DNA from: an uncultured Bacteroidales bacterium
GTDB lineage: Bacteria > Bacteroidota > Bacteroidia > Bacteroidales > UBA3663
DNA: 64,000 nt
Assembly (NCBI GenBank): GCA_946631995.1
Contig: CAMPAQ010000013.1
Coordinates: 1,072-65,071 of the forward strand
Direction of reading: 5' to 3'
Positions 23,629-33,056 of the stretch are shown here, piece after piece (positions within the stretch are counted from its first letter, which is position 1; each line of letters opens with the position of its first letter). The notes below the pieces were generated by a model. That model did not search any database, was not told where the DNA came from, and worked only from the letters and a program-made list of their open reading frames with translations. Position numbers and translations under genes: made by a program.

Positions 23629-25116
23629 ATGTTCAAGAGTTTTCAGGGCATCAATTTTGTCAACTCCTACCAGAAGAAGAAACTCAAGACGCGCTTCCAG
23701 ATGTCGGGCTACATCAAAGCCCTCATCGCAGCCATTGTCGCCATCATCATCGCACTGCTCCCCACCGAGGCTTTCGGCATCGAGGGACTGAATCCGGTGC
23801 AGCACCGCGTAATCGCCATTTTCGTCTTTGCCGCCATCATGTGGCTCACCGAGGCAATCCCGTCGTGGTGTACGTCGGTGCTTATCATCGTGGTGATGCT
23901 CTGCACGATTTCAAACAAGGGACTCACGCCGATGATGGGCGTTGAAGGTGCGACCTACGTGCCCTACAAGAACATCATGGCCTGCTTTGCCGACCCGACA
24001 ATCCTGCTGTTCATCGGCGGATTCATATTGGCCGTCGCGCTCACAAAGGCTGGCATCGATGTGGTGTTGGCCAAGAAGCTGCTCGCCCCGTTCGGCACAA
24101 AGCCGTCGAGGGTGCTGCTGGGCTTCATCCTGGTGACGGCAACATTCTCGGCCTTCGTGAGCAACACCGCAACCGCAGCCATGATGCTTGCCTTCCTTGC
24201 GCCGGTGATGCGACAGATGCCTGAGGGCAGCAAAGACCGCGTAGCACTGGCATTGGCCATACCGCTCGGCGCAAACATCGGCGGCATTGCAACGCCTATC
24301 GGCACTCCTCCGAACACCATCGTGCTGGGCTATCTGAACGAGACGCTCGGCCTCTCGATCGGCTTCGGCGAATGGATGGTGAAGATGGTGCCGTTCGTGG
24401 CATTGCTGCTCATCATCGGCTGGGTGCTGCTGCGCATGATGTTCCCGTTCCAGCAGAAGGAAATCAAGCTGGTGATTGAAGGCGAGATGCACTGGACCTA
24501 CAAGACGTGGATTGTCATCATCACATTCATCGCGACCATCTTCCTGTGGTGCTTCGGCGATGTGGTTGACCTCGGCCTCAACTCCAACATCGTGGCTCTG
24601 ATTCCGGTGGCAGCCTTCGCCGTGACCGGCGTGATCGACAAGCGCGACCTGGAGGAAATCAACTGGTCGGTGCTCTGGATGGTGGCCGGCGGATTCGCAT
24701 TGGGCGTTGCGCTCAACACCACAGGACTGTCGAAGGTGCTTGTCGATTCGATTCCGTTCGACCAATGGAGCCCGCTGCTCGTCATGATCATCGCATCGCT
24801 CGTATGCTTCGGCTTCTCGAACTTCATCAGCCACTCGGCAGCCGCGTCGTTGCTCGTGCCAGTGCTTGGCGTGGTGGCAGGCGCGATGGCCAACAGCGGC
24901 GTGATTGACGACGGCGGCGTGGCCCAGATGCTGCTCTGCGTGGCCATTGCAGCCAGCGTGTCGATGATTCTGCCGATTTCGACGCCACCTAACGCCATCG
25001 CCCATTCGACAGGTTTCATCCAGCAGAGCGAGATGATGAAGGTCGGCATCATTGTGGGCATCGTCGGCCTTGTGCTCGGCCTCGTATGGGTCAAGCTGCC
25101 GTTCATCTTCGGATAA
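23629..25116 (+). CDS. DASS/SLC13-family anion:sodium symporter
   Basis: About 12 or more hydrophobic segments, with the duplicated hairpin motifs ..FVSNTATAAMMLAF.. and ..FSNFISHSAAASLLVPV.. typical of SLC13/CitT-type permeases. An alternative ATG lies at 23701. Confidence 0.75.
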   Translation: MFKSFQGINFVNSYQKKKLKTRFQMSGYIKALIAAIVAIIIALLPTEAFGIEGLNPVQHRVIAIFVFAAIMWLTEAIPSWCTSVLIIVVMLCTISNKGLTPMMGVEGATYVPYKNIMACFADPTILLFIGGFILAVALTKAGIDVVLAKKLLAPFGTKPSRVLLGFILVTATFSAFVSNTATAAMMLAFLAPVMRQMPEGSKDRVALALAIPLGANIGGIATPIGTPPNTIVLGYLNETLGLSIGFGEWMVKMVPFVALLLIIGWVLLRMMFPFQQKEIKLVIEGEMHWTYKTWIVIITFIATIFLWCFGDVVDLGLNSNIVALIPVAAFAVTGVIDKRDLEEINWSVLWMVAGGFALGVALNTTGLSKVLVDSIPFDQWSPLLVMIIASLVCFGFSNFISHSAAASLLVPVLGVVAGAMANSGVIDDGGVAQMLLCVAIAASVSMILPISTPPNAIAHSTGFIQQSEMMKVGIIVGIVGLVLGLVWVKLPFIFG

Positions 25117-25211
25117 AAAATCCGCGTAGCAGAACATCAGAGACAAAAAACAATTGGCCTACAAACGCCTCCCCCCGGAGAGGTCTGAATGGGGTCTTAA
25201 TAACAATAACA

Positions 25212-26231
25212 ATGAAGAAAATTCTTGCAATTGCAGCATTTGCTGCCGCTGTGCTTTCGGCCAATGCTGCCGAACCAGCAAACAACGAGGTCGAATACGG
25301 CCGCAACATCACCGACTACGTGAGCAAGCCGAAGTTCGGCGGCTACTACATCGGCAAATACAGTTACAGCGACCAGGACAACGCCCACGGCGGCACCGGA
25401 CTTTCGCAGCGCCTCATCCGCCTCTACGTGGACGGCACCATCCTGAACGACTTCAAGTACCGCATCCAGGTGCAGACCAACAACGGTTCGTTCCACATGA
25501 AGGACGTCTTCGTCGAGTGGCAGAAATACAAGTTCGCCATGGTCAAGGTCGGCCAGTTCAAGCGTGCCTTCGGCTTCGAGAACCCGATGAACCCTTGGGA
25601 CATCTCGACGGGCGACTACTCATACTTCACCAAGAAGCTGACCGGCGACTACAAGGGCGACACTTGGGGCGGCGGCGGCCGTGACCAGGGCATCCAGGTG
25701 CAGGGCGACTTCCTGAAGGTCGGACAGGACAACCACAACCTCATCCATTATCAGGTGGGCGTGTGGAACGGCGAGGGCATCAACAAGAGCGATGCCGACG
25801 GCAAGCGTGACTACATCGGCACAATCCAGTTCCAACCCATCAAGGGACTCATGATCGGTGCTTTCGGCTGGACTGGCGAGACTGCCGGCGAGAACCGCGA
25901 CAAGTACGCTTTCGGCGTGAAGTACGACAACAAGGAGGGCTGGAGCCTGCGCGGCGAGTGGGGTCACAGCCACTACACGAGCGGCAACGACGATGTCTGG
26001 TACATCGTGGGCGGAATGCCACTGAACGACTGGTTCAAAATCAGCGCACAGTATCAGACCTACCGCAACGGCAAGTCGTGGGAGAATGCGCAGTGCACCT
26101 ACTCGCTCATTCCTGAGTTCCAGCTGCACAAGAACCTGAAGTTCCAGATTCAGTACAACTACAACGACTTCCGCGCCTCAGCCGACAAGCATTTCAACGA
26201 AATCTGGGGCGAACTCTATTTCCGATTCTGA
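25212..26231 (+). CDS. Outer-membrane porin (phosphate-selective porin O/P-like)
   Basis: Signal peptide MKKILAIAAFAAAVLSANA. The sequence has alternating beta-strand character, ..RLYVDGTILNDFKYRIQVQ.., and ends ..WGELYFRF (aromatic C-terminus). The family assignment is from memory. Confidence 0.55.
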   Translation: MKKILAIAAFAAAVLSANAAEPANNEVEYGRNITDYVSKPKFGGYYIGKYSYSDQDNAHGGTGLSQRLIRLYVDGTILNDFKYRIQVQTNNGSFHMKDVFVEWQKYKFAMVKVGQFKRAFGFENPMNPWDISTGDYSYFTKKLTGDYKGDTWGGGGRDQGIQVQGDFLKVGQDNHNLIHYQVGVWNGEGINKSDADGKRDYIGTIQFQPIKGLMIGAFGWTGETAGENRDKYAFGVKYDNKEGWSLRGEWGHSHYTSGNDDVWYIVGGMPLNDWFKISAQYQTYRNGKSWENAQCTYSLIPEFQLHKNLKFQIQYNYNDFRASADKHFNEIWGELYFRF

Positions 26232-26260
26232 TTGGCGGCCAATGGCTCAACCACACAAAA

Positions 26261-26304
26261 ACGAACGGGAGGCATCCGACACAATGGATGCCTCCCGTCT
26301 TCGT
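26261..26304. terminator. Bidirectional terminator hairpin between convergent genes
   Basis: acgaacgggaggcatcc-gacacaat-ggatgcctcccgtcttcgt, with an A-run on the left (a T-run for the minus-strand ATPase gene). Confidence 0.65.
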
Positions 26305-26349
26305 TTCCAACCATGCGGTTGGAGCAGCTACGACATCGGCCGAAAAGAA

Positions 26350-27474
26350 TCAGGACAGACGACGCAGCCAAGACACAAAGAACGGGTCGTACAACCGGCA
26401 GCCTTGCTCCGTACGGCACACGACGTCGTTCTCGACCAAACCCTTCAATGCCGTCGATACCGTGCTGGCTGCCTTCAAACGGTATTTCTGAATGAATGCA
26501 GCAGAATTCACCTCGGCCACGATGCCCTCCAACGCGATTGCCTTGATGACACGCCGCACCGTAGGCGTATAGCTATTATACTGCATTTCGTAAAACGAAC
26601 TGTTGTCCATGACCAACGAGTGGAACGCGACATCCAACTGGTTCATATCAATGTTTCCGACGTATGAATAAAGCTCCTTCAGCAATGCCTGCACGTACCA
26701 CGTATGACCATAGACGCGGGCATAAAGCGCATGGAAGACATCGCCCGGCAATGTCCTGTCCTGCTTCACGAAGAAAGCCGAGGCAAATTCGTAATACGCG
26801 GATTCAGGGATATTGGCCAACGTCGCACTACGCGTACTTCTGTAAAATGGACGACCGGCATCGTTGAACATCAGTTCGAGCATATGACGCTGGCTGCCGG
26901 CAAAAATGAACTTCACATTGGGCATAAACTGAATCTGACTGCGCAAAAGGGCTTCTGTACCCTTCTCCGGATACTCTGCGATACGTTGGAACTCGTCGAT
27001 TGCGATATAGCATGTCTTTTCGCTCTCGCGCAGGTAATCACAAATCTCCTTCAATGTCGTTTCCTGATTCTCGACATTTACGTCAAGGCTGATTTTCGGC
27101 GCACCACTCTGCTCATCGAAGACCAAAGTCGGACGGCAACTCTTCACGACATCTGTCACGTGTTTCAGTGCCTTTTGCCAGTCGTTGTCGAGCGTTCCCA
27201 ACACTGCGCCACCAAGCATCTGGACAAAATCGTTCAGACATTGAGTGCCCATGATGTCGATATAATATGTATTGATTTCGGGATGCTGCTCTCGCAACAG
27301 ATAAAAGGCATTTTTTATCAGCCCAGTCTTACCGATACGACGTGGAGCTACCAGCGTGATGCTCCACCCGTTATACAAATTGCGGAGCAGATCTTCGGTC
27401 TCCTGCTTTCGGTCGCAGAAATAATCTGGACTAAGATATTCCGAAATCAAAAACGGATTATTTGGCTTAATCAT
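26350..27474 (-). CDS. Orphan ATP-binding protein, archaeal-type AAA ATPase (ATPase_2/DUF234-like)
   Basis: Walker A APRRIGKTGL and a Walker B-like CYIAIDEFQ. The length is about 374 aa and the C-terminal third looks winged-helix-like. The family is from memory. Confidence 0.7.
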   Translation of the reverse strand: MIKPNNPFLISEYLSPDYFCDRKQETEDLLRNLYNGWSITLVAPRRIGKTGLIKNAFYLLREQHPEINTYYIDIMGTQCLNDFVQMLGGAVLGTLDNDWQKALKHVTDVVKSCRPTLVFDEQSGAPKISLDVNVENQETTLKEICDYLRESEKTCYIAIDEFQRIAEYPEKGTEALLRSQIQFMPNVKFIFAGSQRHMLELMFNDAGRPFYRSTRSATLANIPESAYYEFASAFFVKQDRTLPGDVFHALYARVYGHTWYVQALLKELYSYVGNIDMNQLDVAFHSLVMDNSSFYEMQYNSYTPTVRRVIKAIALEGIVAEVNSAAFIQKYRLKAASTVSTALKGLVENDVVCRTEQGCRLYDPFFVSWLRRLS

Positions 27475-27491
27475 ACGGCTTTATTTTTTCG

Positions 27492-27499
27492 CAAATGTA
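27492..27499 (-). promoter_or_regulatory. -7 promoter box TACATTTG (minus strand)
   Basis: The plus strand reads caaatgta, 18 nt upstream of the ATG at 27474. Confidence 0.45.
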
Positions 27500-27566
27500 A
27501 ACGAATTTTCTACAATTCACCGAATCTGGCATCTTTTTCCGACCTTTTCCCTTCCAATTCGCTCAA

Positions 27567-27599
27567 TTACGTAATTTACGTAACGCAATTTACGTAACG
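27567..27599. promoter_or_regulatory. Three copies of the palindromic octamer TTACGTAA (candidate regulator binding sites)
   Basis: TTACGTAA at 27567-27574, 27576-27583 and 27590-27597. AATTTACGTAACG is directly repeated at 27573-27585 and 27587-27599. Confidence 0.4.
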
Positions 27600-27624
27600 A
27601 CGACGCCATTGGACATGACTACGC

Positions 27625-27663
27625 GAAAAAAAAGAAACCACCTCCGCAGTGGGAAGTGGTTTC
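27625..27663 (-). terminator. Rho-independent terminator of the lipoprotein/TBDR operon
   Basis: On the minus strand: gaaaccacttcc-cactgc-ggaggtggtttc followed by ttttttttcgcg. Confidence 0.7.
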
Positions 27664-27687
27664 CGTTGTTTTTCCGTCGTCGGCCGA

Positions 27688-29382
27688 TTATTTCTCGACG
27701 CTATAGACGTAAGCCTTCTTCGACGAAGTCTCGTAGGTCGAGCCATATTTGGTCACCTTTCCACGCAGGACGACCTTATCGCCGACCTCAATCTGAGCAT
27801 CGCCATCCGTCCAGGCCTTGTTGTTCAACCAATAGACGCCGTAAGCCTCAAAATCGGTTGCGCCTGGGGTCTTGTTGTCCTCCGAACCGGCGTATGTGCC
27901 ATCGTCGGAAATCCAGAATGTTGCTGTACCCTTATCGGCATTGAACGTATAGACAACCTTCGAGACGATGCCCTGCACATAGACGCTATCGGCCACACCA
28001 CCGTCGATGGCAGCCTTGGCACCCGCTACGTTGAACGGGCTGACGGCCGAGCCCAGACCATTGGCATCGGTGCTGACACCATTGACGCTATAGACGTAGG
28101 CGTTCTTCGAACTCGTCTCGGAAGTGCCATTGTAGTTGGTCAACTTGCCGCAGATGATGACCTCGTCGCCAACCGAAACCTGTGCGTTGCCCTCAGCCCA
28201 TGCCTGATTGCCGAGCCAATAGACACCGTAAGCCTCAAAATCCTTCGACTTGTCGTCGTTGAACACGCCATCGGCCGAAATCCAGAACGTGCCGGTCTTC
28301 TTGTCTGCATTGAACGTATAGACAACCTTCGAAACCTTGCCCTTGACGTAAAAGTCGTTGCCAGATGCAGCAGTCAAAGTCTGGCAATAGGCGATGGCCT
28401 GCTCTACCGTGAATGGATTGGTGAGCGTGCCCATCAAGCCCTGCTGGCTGACTGTGGCCGACACCGTCGATGACGACGAACCTGATGCCGAAGTGAACTC
28501 GATTGCTGCGGTGCGCGATGACTCGGCCGTATTTTCAGCCACGTGGAAGGTGACATTGGTGGTCGAATCGGTCTTTTCGATGTCGGAGATGCTCAACCAC
28601 GACTTTGCTTCGTCGGCAATGCTGATCGACACGCCATCGCCGCTAACGCCCAGTCGGACGAGGAAATCGCCGCCATTGGCATCGAATGCATTCGAACCGC
28701 CCTCTTCAACCTTGATGAGCGACTTCACAATCTTTACAACCGTGACATCGACCAGCTCGACAGTGCCGTTGTAGGTCGTCTTCGGACCCTGTACGGTCAC
28801 CTGGTCGCCGACACCGATGCCATACGACTCGAGGGCGCCGTTCTTGGTCTTGCCATCCTTGTCGGCTGTACCGTAGATGTAAATCTCGCCGGTACCGTCG
28901 TTCATATAGAAGTTGCCGTAAGGGGTCAGATTGGCGATGGCCGTAATGACGCCAGTCACCTGATACGTCTTGCTGTCAGGACCAGCCAACACCTCGGCGC
29001 AAGTCACCGACGATACGGTCGATACGCCCTGAATGACGTTGATGCGCTGTGTGGTCGAGCTGTCGGCCAACACGAGCAGCACCTCTGCCGAACGGCCGTC
29101 GTAGGTCTGCTCGGCCGAAAATTCAATTGTTGAAGTGCCGGCATCACCCTTCATCGGGTTGACGGTGAGCCATGATGGAACGCTCTCGTCGATGTACCAT
29201 GCCGACGACGCATTGACCGTAATCGAAGTACTTCCGCCCTCGGTATCGACAGCCACGTACGACTGGGAAACCTTGATGTCGCTCAAGAAGGTATCCGGGT
29301 CCTGATCGACGTCGCAGCTGATGCAGGCGCTTCCCATCGTGAATGCAGCGACAACGGCTGCAAAAAGATATTTAGCTTTCAT
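27688..29382 (-). CDS. Surface lipoprotein with two BACON-like modules and three OB-fold-like modules
   Basis: - Lipobox ..FTMGSACISC followed by the acidic DVDQDPD.
- aa ~35-118, ..VAVDTEGGSTSITVNASSAWYIDESVPSWLTVNPMKGDAGTSTIEFSAEQT..RSAEVLLV.., is BACON-like.
- aa ~127-215, ..YQVTGVITAI..GNFYMNDGTGEIYIYG..GVGDQVTVQGPKTTYNGTVEL, is OB-like.
- Two ~115-aa repeats follow (nt 28081-28419 and 27691-28041), with ..FYVKGKVSKVVYTFNADK..FWISADG..FEAYGVYWL..VGDEVIICGKLTNYNGTSE.. Confidence 0.65.
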   Translation of the reverse strand: MKAKYLFAAVVAAFTMGSACISCDVDQDPDTFLSDIKVSQSYVAVDTEGGSTSITVNASSAWYIDESVPSWLTVNPMKGDAGTSTIEFSAEQTYDGRSAEVLLVLADSSTTQRINVIQGVSTVSSVTCAEVLAGPDSKTYQVTGVITAIANLTPYGNFYMNDGTGEIYIYGTADKDGKTKNGALESYGIGVGDQVTVQGPKTTYNGTVELVDVTVVKIVKSLIKVEEGGSNAFDANGGDFLVRLGVSGDGVSISIADEAKSWLSISDIEKTDSTTNVTFHVAENTAESSRTAAIEFTSASGSSSSTVSATVSQQGLMGTLTNPFTVEQAIAYCQTLTAASGNDFYVKGKVSKVVYTFNADKKTGTFWISADGVFNDDKSKDFEAYGVYWLGNQAWAEGNAQVSVGDEVIICGKLTNYNGTSETSSKNAYVYSVNGVSTDANGLGSAVSPFNVAGAKAAIDGGVADSVYVQGIVSKVVYTFNADKGTATFWISDDGTYAGSEDNKTPGATDFEAYGVYWLNNKAWTDGDAQIEVGDKVVLRGKVTKYGSTYETSSKKAYVYSVEK

Positions 29383-29400
29383 GTTCTTCTGTTGTGTTGT

Positions 29401-32400
29401 TTAGAAAATATACTTTGCACCGATTGACATATACCAGCACTGGCCGATTTCGTGGTTGCGACCCCAGATCTTGGTATCGCCACTAACTGCGTTCGGAGTC
29501 GAGAAAGTCGCGTAGCCGTCGGCATCGACGCCCTCGTACTTCAGGATGCGGGCAGCACCCGATGCTGTGTAGCTGGTGTTCATCACCTTGCTGACGCCCC
29601 ACGATGAGTTGAAGAGGTTCAGCACGTTCTTGATGTCGGCGCCGATTTGCAGCGTGTGCTTGGTTTTGCCGATGTTGAACTTGAAGTCGTGCTTGTAGCT
29701 GAAATCGATGCGGTGAACGAACGGATTGTAAACGCTGTAGCCCTCGGCATACTCGCCCTGATGCTCGCTCAGGTAGTCATCCTTGTGGACGTAGGCCATG
29801 AAACGGTCGCGGTCGTCGTCGCTCACGAAACGGAACTCGCCGCTGTTGACCTCCTGGTCGGTCGGGATGTAGATGGCATCGTAGGCATAACCGTCGCCGT
29901 TCATGTCGTTGACAGTCACGTAGCTGTAGTTGTAGCCGCCGCGCCATGTCTCATAGACGATACCGTAGTGGTTGTTGGCCTTGTCGTTGATTGTGGCCGA
30001 CACTACAAAGCGGTCTGGCGTCAGGTTGAGCGCGTTGTGCAGCTTGATGTTGTTCGGGCCCTCGGTGGTAGGCACATAGGTGAAGGCCGATTCTGCAGCA
30101 GAACCAGGCATAGAGGTCAGCTCCTTCTTGGCCGTATGCGTATAGGCTGCCATGAGGTCGATCCACTCGGCCGGCTTGGCATTCAGCTGGAGGCTGGCCG
30201 ACCAACCGTAGCCCTTCGATGTGTTTTCAAGCGCGAAAGCCTTGGTTGCTGTGCGGAAGCCGCTTGGGTAGATCGGACGGTTGTCTGCGCCGTTGAAGCG
30301 GGCGAATCCGCCGACGCTCGGAATTGACCAGTCGCTGATGCAGACATCGTTGACGGTCTTGTTGAAGATACCTTCGGCCGTGACGGTGAATGGGAATTCG
30401 AATGGCAGACGATAGTCAACGGCCAACGAGGTCTTCCAAACCTGTGGCAGCTTGAAGTCTGGATCGACAGCCGAGATGGCCGATGGAACGGTGCCGTCCT
30501 CTGGCTTGATGTCGGCCGGATAGCCCATCGAGACGAGCTTCTCCTTCAATGCAGTGCTGCTGGTGATGATGCCGCCGTTGGCATCGCTGAACTGGGCGAG
30601 GATATCGCTCACGCTTGCATATTTTTCCTTGACAGAGGCTGGCAGGTTGGCATATTTGGTCGATGGGCCAATCTGTGCCTGATACTGCACCATGCCCGAG
30701 TTGGTAGGCATGTTGGTGAAGAATACCAATGGCAGACGGCCCTGAAACAGACCTGTACCGCCGCGCAGGGTGAGGCTCTTGTCGCCCATGATGTCCCAAA
30801 CAGCCGCTACGCGAGGCGACAGCGTCAGGCTTGAGTTAGGCCACTTGCCAGTGTCGATGTGACGGCCGTTGTAATCAATGTCGTAGATGGCCTTGTTGGT
30901 CATCAGGTCGCTGTTGTCGAACACGATGTTGTCGAAGCGGATGCCGGCGGTGACGTTGAGCTTGTCGTTCACCTGCCACTGATCCTGAACGTAGAGGCCG
31001 AACTTGTTGTAGGTCACACGGGCAGCAGGCTCAGTCTCGCCGCCGTAGCCGTAGGTGAGGCAGACAACCTCAGGGGCTGCACCCGACAGGAAGTCTTCGA
31101 GCGACGAATAGCGATAGTAGCCCGAACCGTTGCGCATATACATATTGTCGGCCATCTGATACTCATAGGTCAAACCGGCCATCAGCTTGTGTGCGCCAAG
31201 TTCGTATGTAACGTCGTCCTTAATGTTCCAGATGGTGTTGTGGACGGCATTGTTCCAGGTGAACAGCTCATAGCCGAGGCTGATGTAGTTGTTGCCGTCG
31301 CCGTCCAGGATGTCGATGAACGGGAATTCGTCGGAGTCGCTGTCGCGCACGTCGTCGAGCTTCGACAGGGTGAAGAGGAACTGGTTGGACAGGTTATCCA
31401 TCAGACGGCTGTTGAGGTCGAGCGAGAACGAGTTGACCTTGTTCTGCATGGCGTACATGGAATTGGCATACGACATGGCGTACTGCGACATACGGTTGTA
31501 CGACGAACGTGTGCCGCCGTCCATTGAGCTGCCGTTCGGTGCATTCCAGATGTTGTTGAGCGTGTAGTTGTAGCGGGCAGCCAAGTGGTGCTTCTCGTTG
31601 ATGTTCCAGTCCAGGCGGATGAGGAACTTCTTGTTGTCCTCGTCGGCAGGGAATGAGGTGTACGAGCCGGTGTTGTAGCCATACTTTTCACGAACGTAGT
31701 CCGACACCTGCTGGAGGTCGAACGCTGAGGTGCGCGACAGATAGTTGTCGGCATCGCTCACGCCCGGATTCATCTGACCAGCCACACCGTTCTCGACCTG
31801 CGATGCACGCCAGCGGTTGGCAATGGTCGGGGTCTTCTGGAACTCCATGTTGGCGAAGAAGAAGAGCTTGTTCTTGATGATCGGGCCGCCGATGGTGAAG
31901 CCGTAAGTGGTCTTCTGGTCTTTGGCACGCACACCTTCGAGCTGTTCACGTTCGATGGCATCGCCGCGCATATTCTCGTTCTGATGATAGATGTAGGCAC
32001 TGCCGCGGAAGTTGTTGGTACCCGACTTGGTGATGGCATTCACGCCACCGCCGATGAAGCCGGTCTGACGCACATCGTAGGGCGAAATGATGACCTGCAT
32101 CTCTTCGATGGCGTCGATTGAAATCGGGTTGCCACCGCCCGGCAGACCAGCGGTGAGGCCGAAGTTATTGTTGAAGTTGGCACCATCGATGGTGAAGTTG
32201 GCCGTACGTCCGTCCGAACCGGCGAAGCTCATGCCGTTGCCGCCATAAGGCGAGAGGCGAACCATGTCGGTGATGCTGCGGCTGACGGTCGGCATTGCGA
32301 TCATCTGGCCGTTCGAGATGTTGGTCGTGGCACCGGTCTTGATGCTCGAAGCGAACTTTGAGCCCTGTCCGACAACGACAACGTCGCCCAAGACCTCGGC

Positions 32401-32730
32401 ATTGACCGAAAGGTTGGTCTTCAGGTTGAAGGTCTCACCCAAGTTCAGGAAGATGCCTTCGTAAACCTGCGGAGCGTAGCCCACATAGGTGATTCGGATG
32501 GTGTAGGGACCGCCCACACGCATACCCTGAATGGTAAACGCACCATGCTCGTTGGTGATGGTGCCGTAGTTGGTGCCTGATGGAGTGTGGGTGGCCATGA
32601 TGGTGGCGCCAATCACATCCTCCTTCATGTCGTCGCACACGTGGCCGGCGAGGGCCGACGTAGTAATCTGCGCCATGGCAGACATTGCCGTGACGACCGA
32701 CAAGACGAAAATGAGTAATGATCTCTTCAT
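29401..32730 (-). CDS. TonB-dependent receptor with carboxypeptidase-regulatory-like N-domain (no SusD partner)
   Basis: - Signal peptide.
- ..GHVCDDMKEDVIGATIMATHTPSGTNYGTITNEHGAFTIQGMRVGGPYTIRITYVGY is a CarboxypepD_reg-like domain.
- The plug ..DAIEEMQVIISPYDVRQTGFIGGGVNAITKSGTN is present.
- The C-terminal strand is ..WYMSIGAKYIF. Confidence 0.85.
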   Translation of the reverse strand: MKRSLLIFVLSVVTAMSAMAQITTSALAGHVCDDMKEDVIGATIMATHTPSGTNYGTITNEHGAFTIQGMRVGGPYTIRITYVGYAPQVYEGIFLNLGETFNLKTNLSVNAEVLGDVVVVGQGSKFASSIKTGATTNISNGQMIAMPTVSRSITDMVRLSPYGGNGMSFAGSDGRTANFTIDGANFNNNFGLTAGLPGGGNPISIDAIEEMQVIISPYDVRQTGFIGGGVNAITKSGTNNFRGSAYIYHQNENMRGDAIEREQLEGVRAKDQKTTYGFTIGGPIIKNKLFFFANMEFQKTPTIANRWRASQVENGVAGQMNPGVSDADNYLSRTSAFDLQQVSDYVREKYGYNTGSYTSFPADEDNKKFLIRLDWNINEKHHLAARYNYTLNNIWNAPNGSSMDGGTRSSYNRMSQYAMSYANSMYAMQNKVNSFSLDLNSRLMDNLSNQFLFTLSKLDDVRDSDSDEFPFIDILDGDGNNYISLGYELFTWNNAVHNTIWNIKDDVTYELGAHKLMAGLTYEYQMADNMYMRNGSGYYRYSSLEDFLSGAAPEVVCLTYGYGGETEPAARVTYNKFGLYVQDQWQVNDKLNVTAGIRFDNIVFDNSDLMTNKAIYDIDYNGRHIDTGKWPNSSLTLSPRVAAVWDIMGDKSLTLRGGTGLFQGRLPLVFFTNMPTNSGMVQYQAQIGPSTKYANLPASVKEKYASVSDILAQFSDANGGIITSSTALKEKLVSMGYPADIKPEDGTVPSAISAVDPDFKLPQVWKTSLAVDYRLPFEFPFTVTAEGIFNKTVNDVCISDWSIPSVGGFARFNGADNRPIYPSGFRTATKAFALENTSKGYGWSASLQLNAKPAEWIDLMAAYTHTAKKELTSMPGSAAESAFTYVPTTEGPNNIKLHNALNLTPDRFVVSATINDKANNHYGIVYETWRGGYNYSYVTVNDMNGDGYAYDAIYIPTDQEVNSGEFRFVSDDDRDRFMAYVHKDDYLSEHQGEYAEGYSVYNPFVHRIDFSYKHDFKFNIGKTKHTLQIGADIKNVLNLFNSSWGVSKVMNTSYTASGAARILKYEGVDADGYATFSTPNAVSGDTKIWGRNHEIGQCWYMSIGAKYIF

Positions 32731-33027
32731 CGTTTAGATTGGAAATTAAAAGATGTATAAATAATTATTGGGAAATTAACTTAGCCAAATGTTGTTCTTT
32801 CGTTGTCACTTCCGTTCGATTACGCAGCAAATTCACAGCGCGAAGTTAGCCAATAAATATTAGAGAAGTTGAACAGAATCGGCCAAAGCAATAAAATTAA
32901 CAATTCAAATTTAACATTTGTTAAGCCGACATACAAAAAACTATAAATGAGCATTTACGGCTCTTTTCCGATACGCCATTTTGCAAGCAAAAAAATGTCA
33001 TTCCGGTGCATTTTGACGGCTTTTCAC

Positions 33028-33035
33028 TATCTTTG
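33028..33035 (+). promoter_or_regulatory. -7 promoter box TATCTTTG
   Basis: Exact TAnnTTTG, 22 nt upstream of the ATG at 33057. Confidence 0.5.
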
Positions 33036-33056
33036 CCAACAAATTTCATAATAAAG

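Noticed and set aside
18234-25146. Large antisense ORFs 18234-19358 (+), 20127-20693 (+), 21146-22069 (-), 23911-25146 (-)
   Set aside because: Each lies opposite a confidently assigned gene (PL11-like, phospho-sugar mutase, DASS transporter) and has shadow-ORF composition.
26242-27597. Plus-strand ORFs 26242-26667 and 26704-27597 (297 aa) opposite the archaeal-type ATPase gene
   Set aside because: They are antisense to a CDS with Walker A/B motifs. The 297-aa ORF also runs across that gene's promoter box and the TTACGTAA array, and has no motifs.
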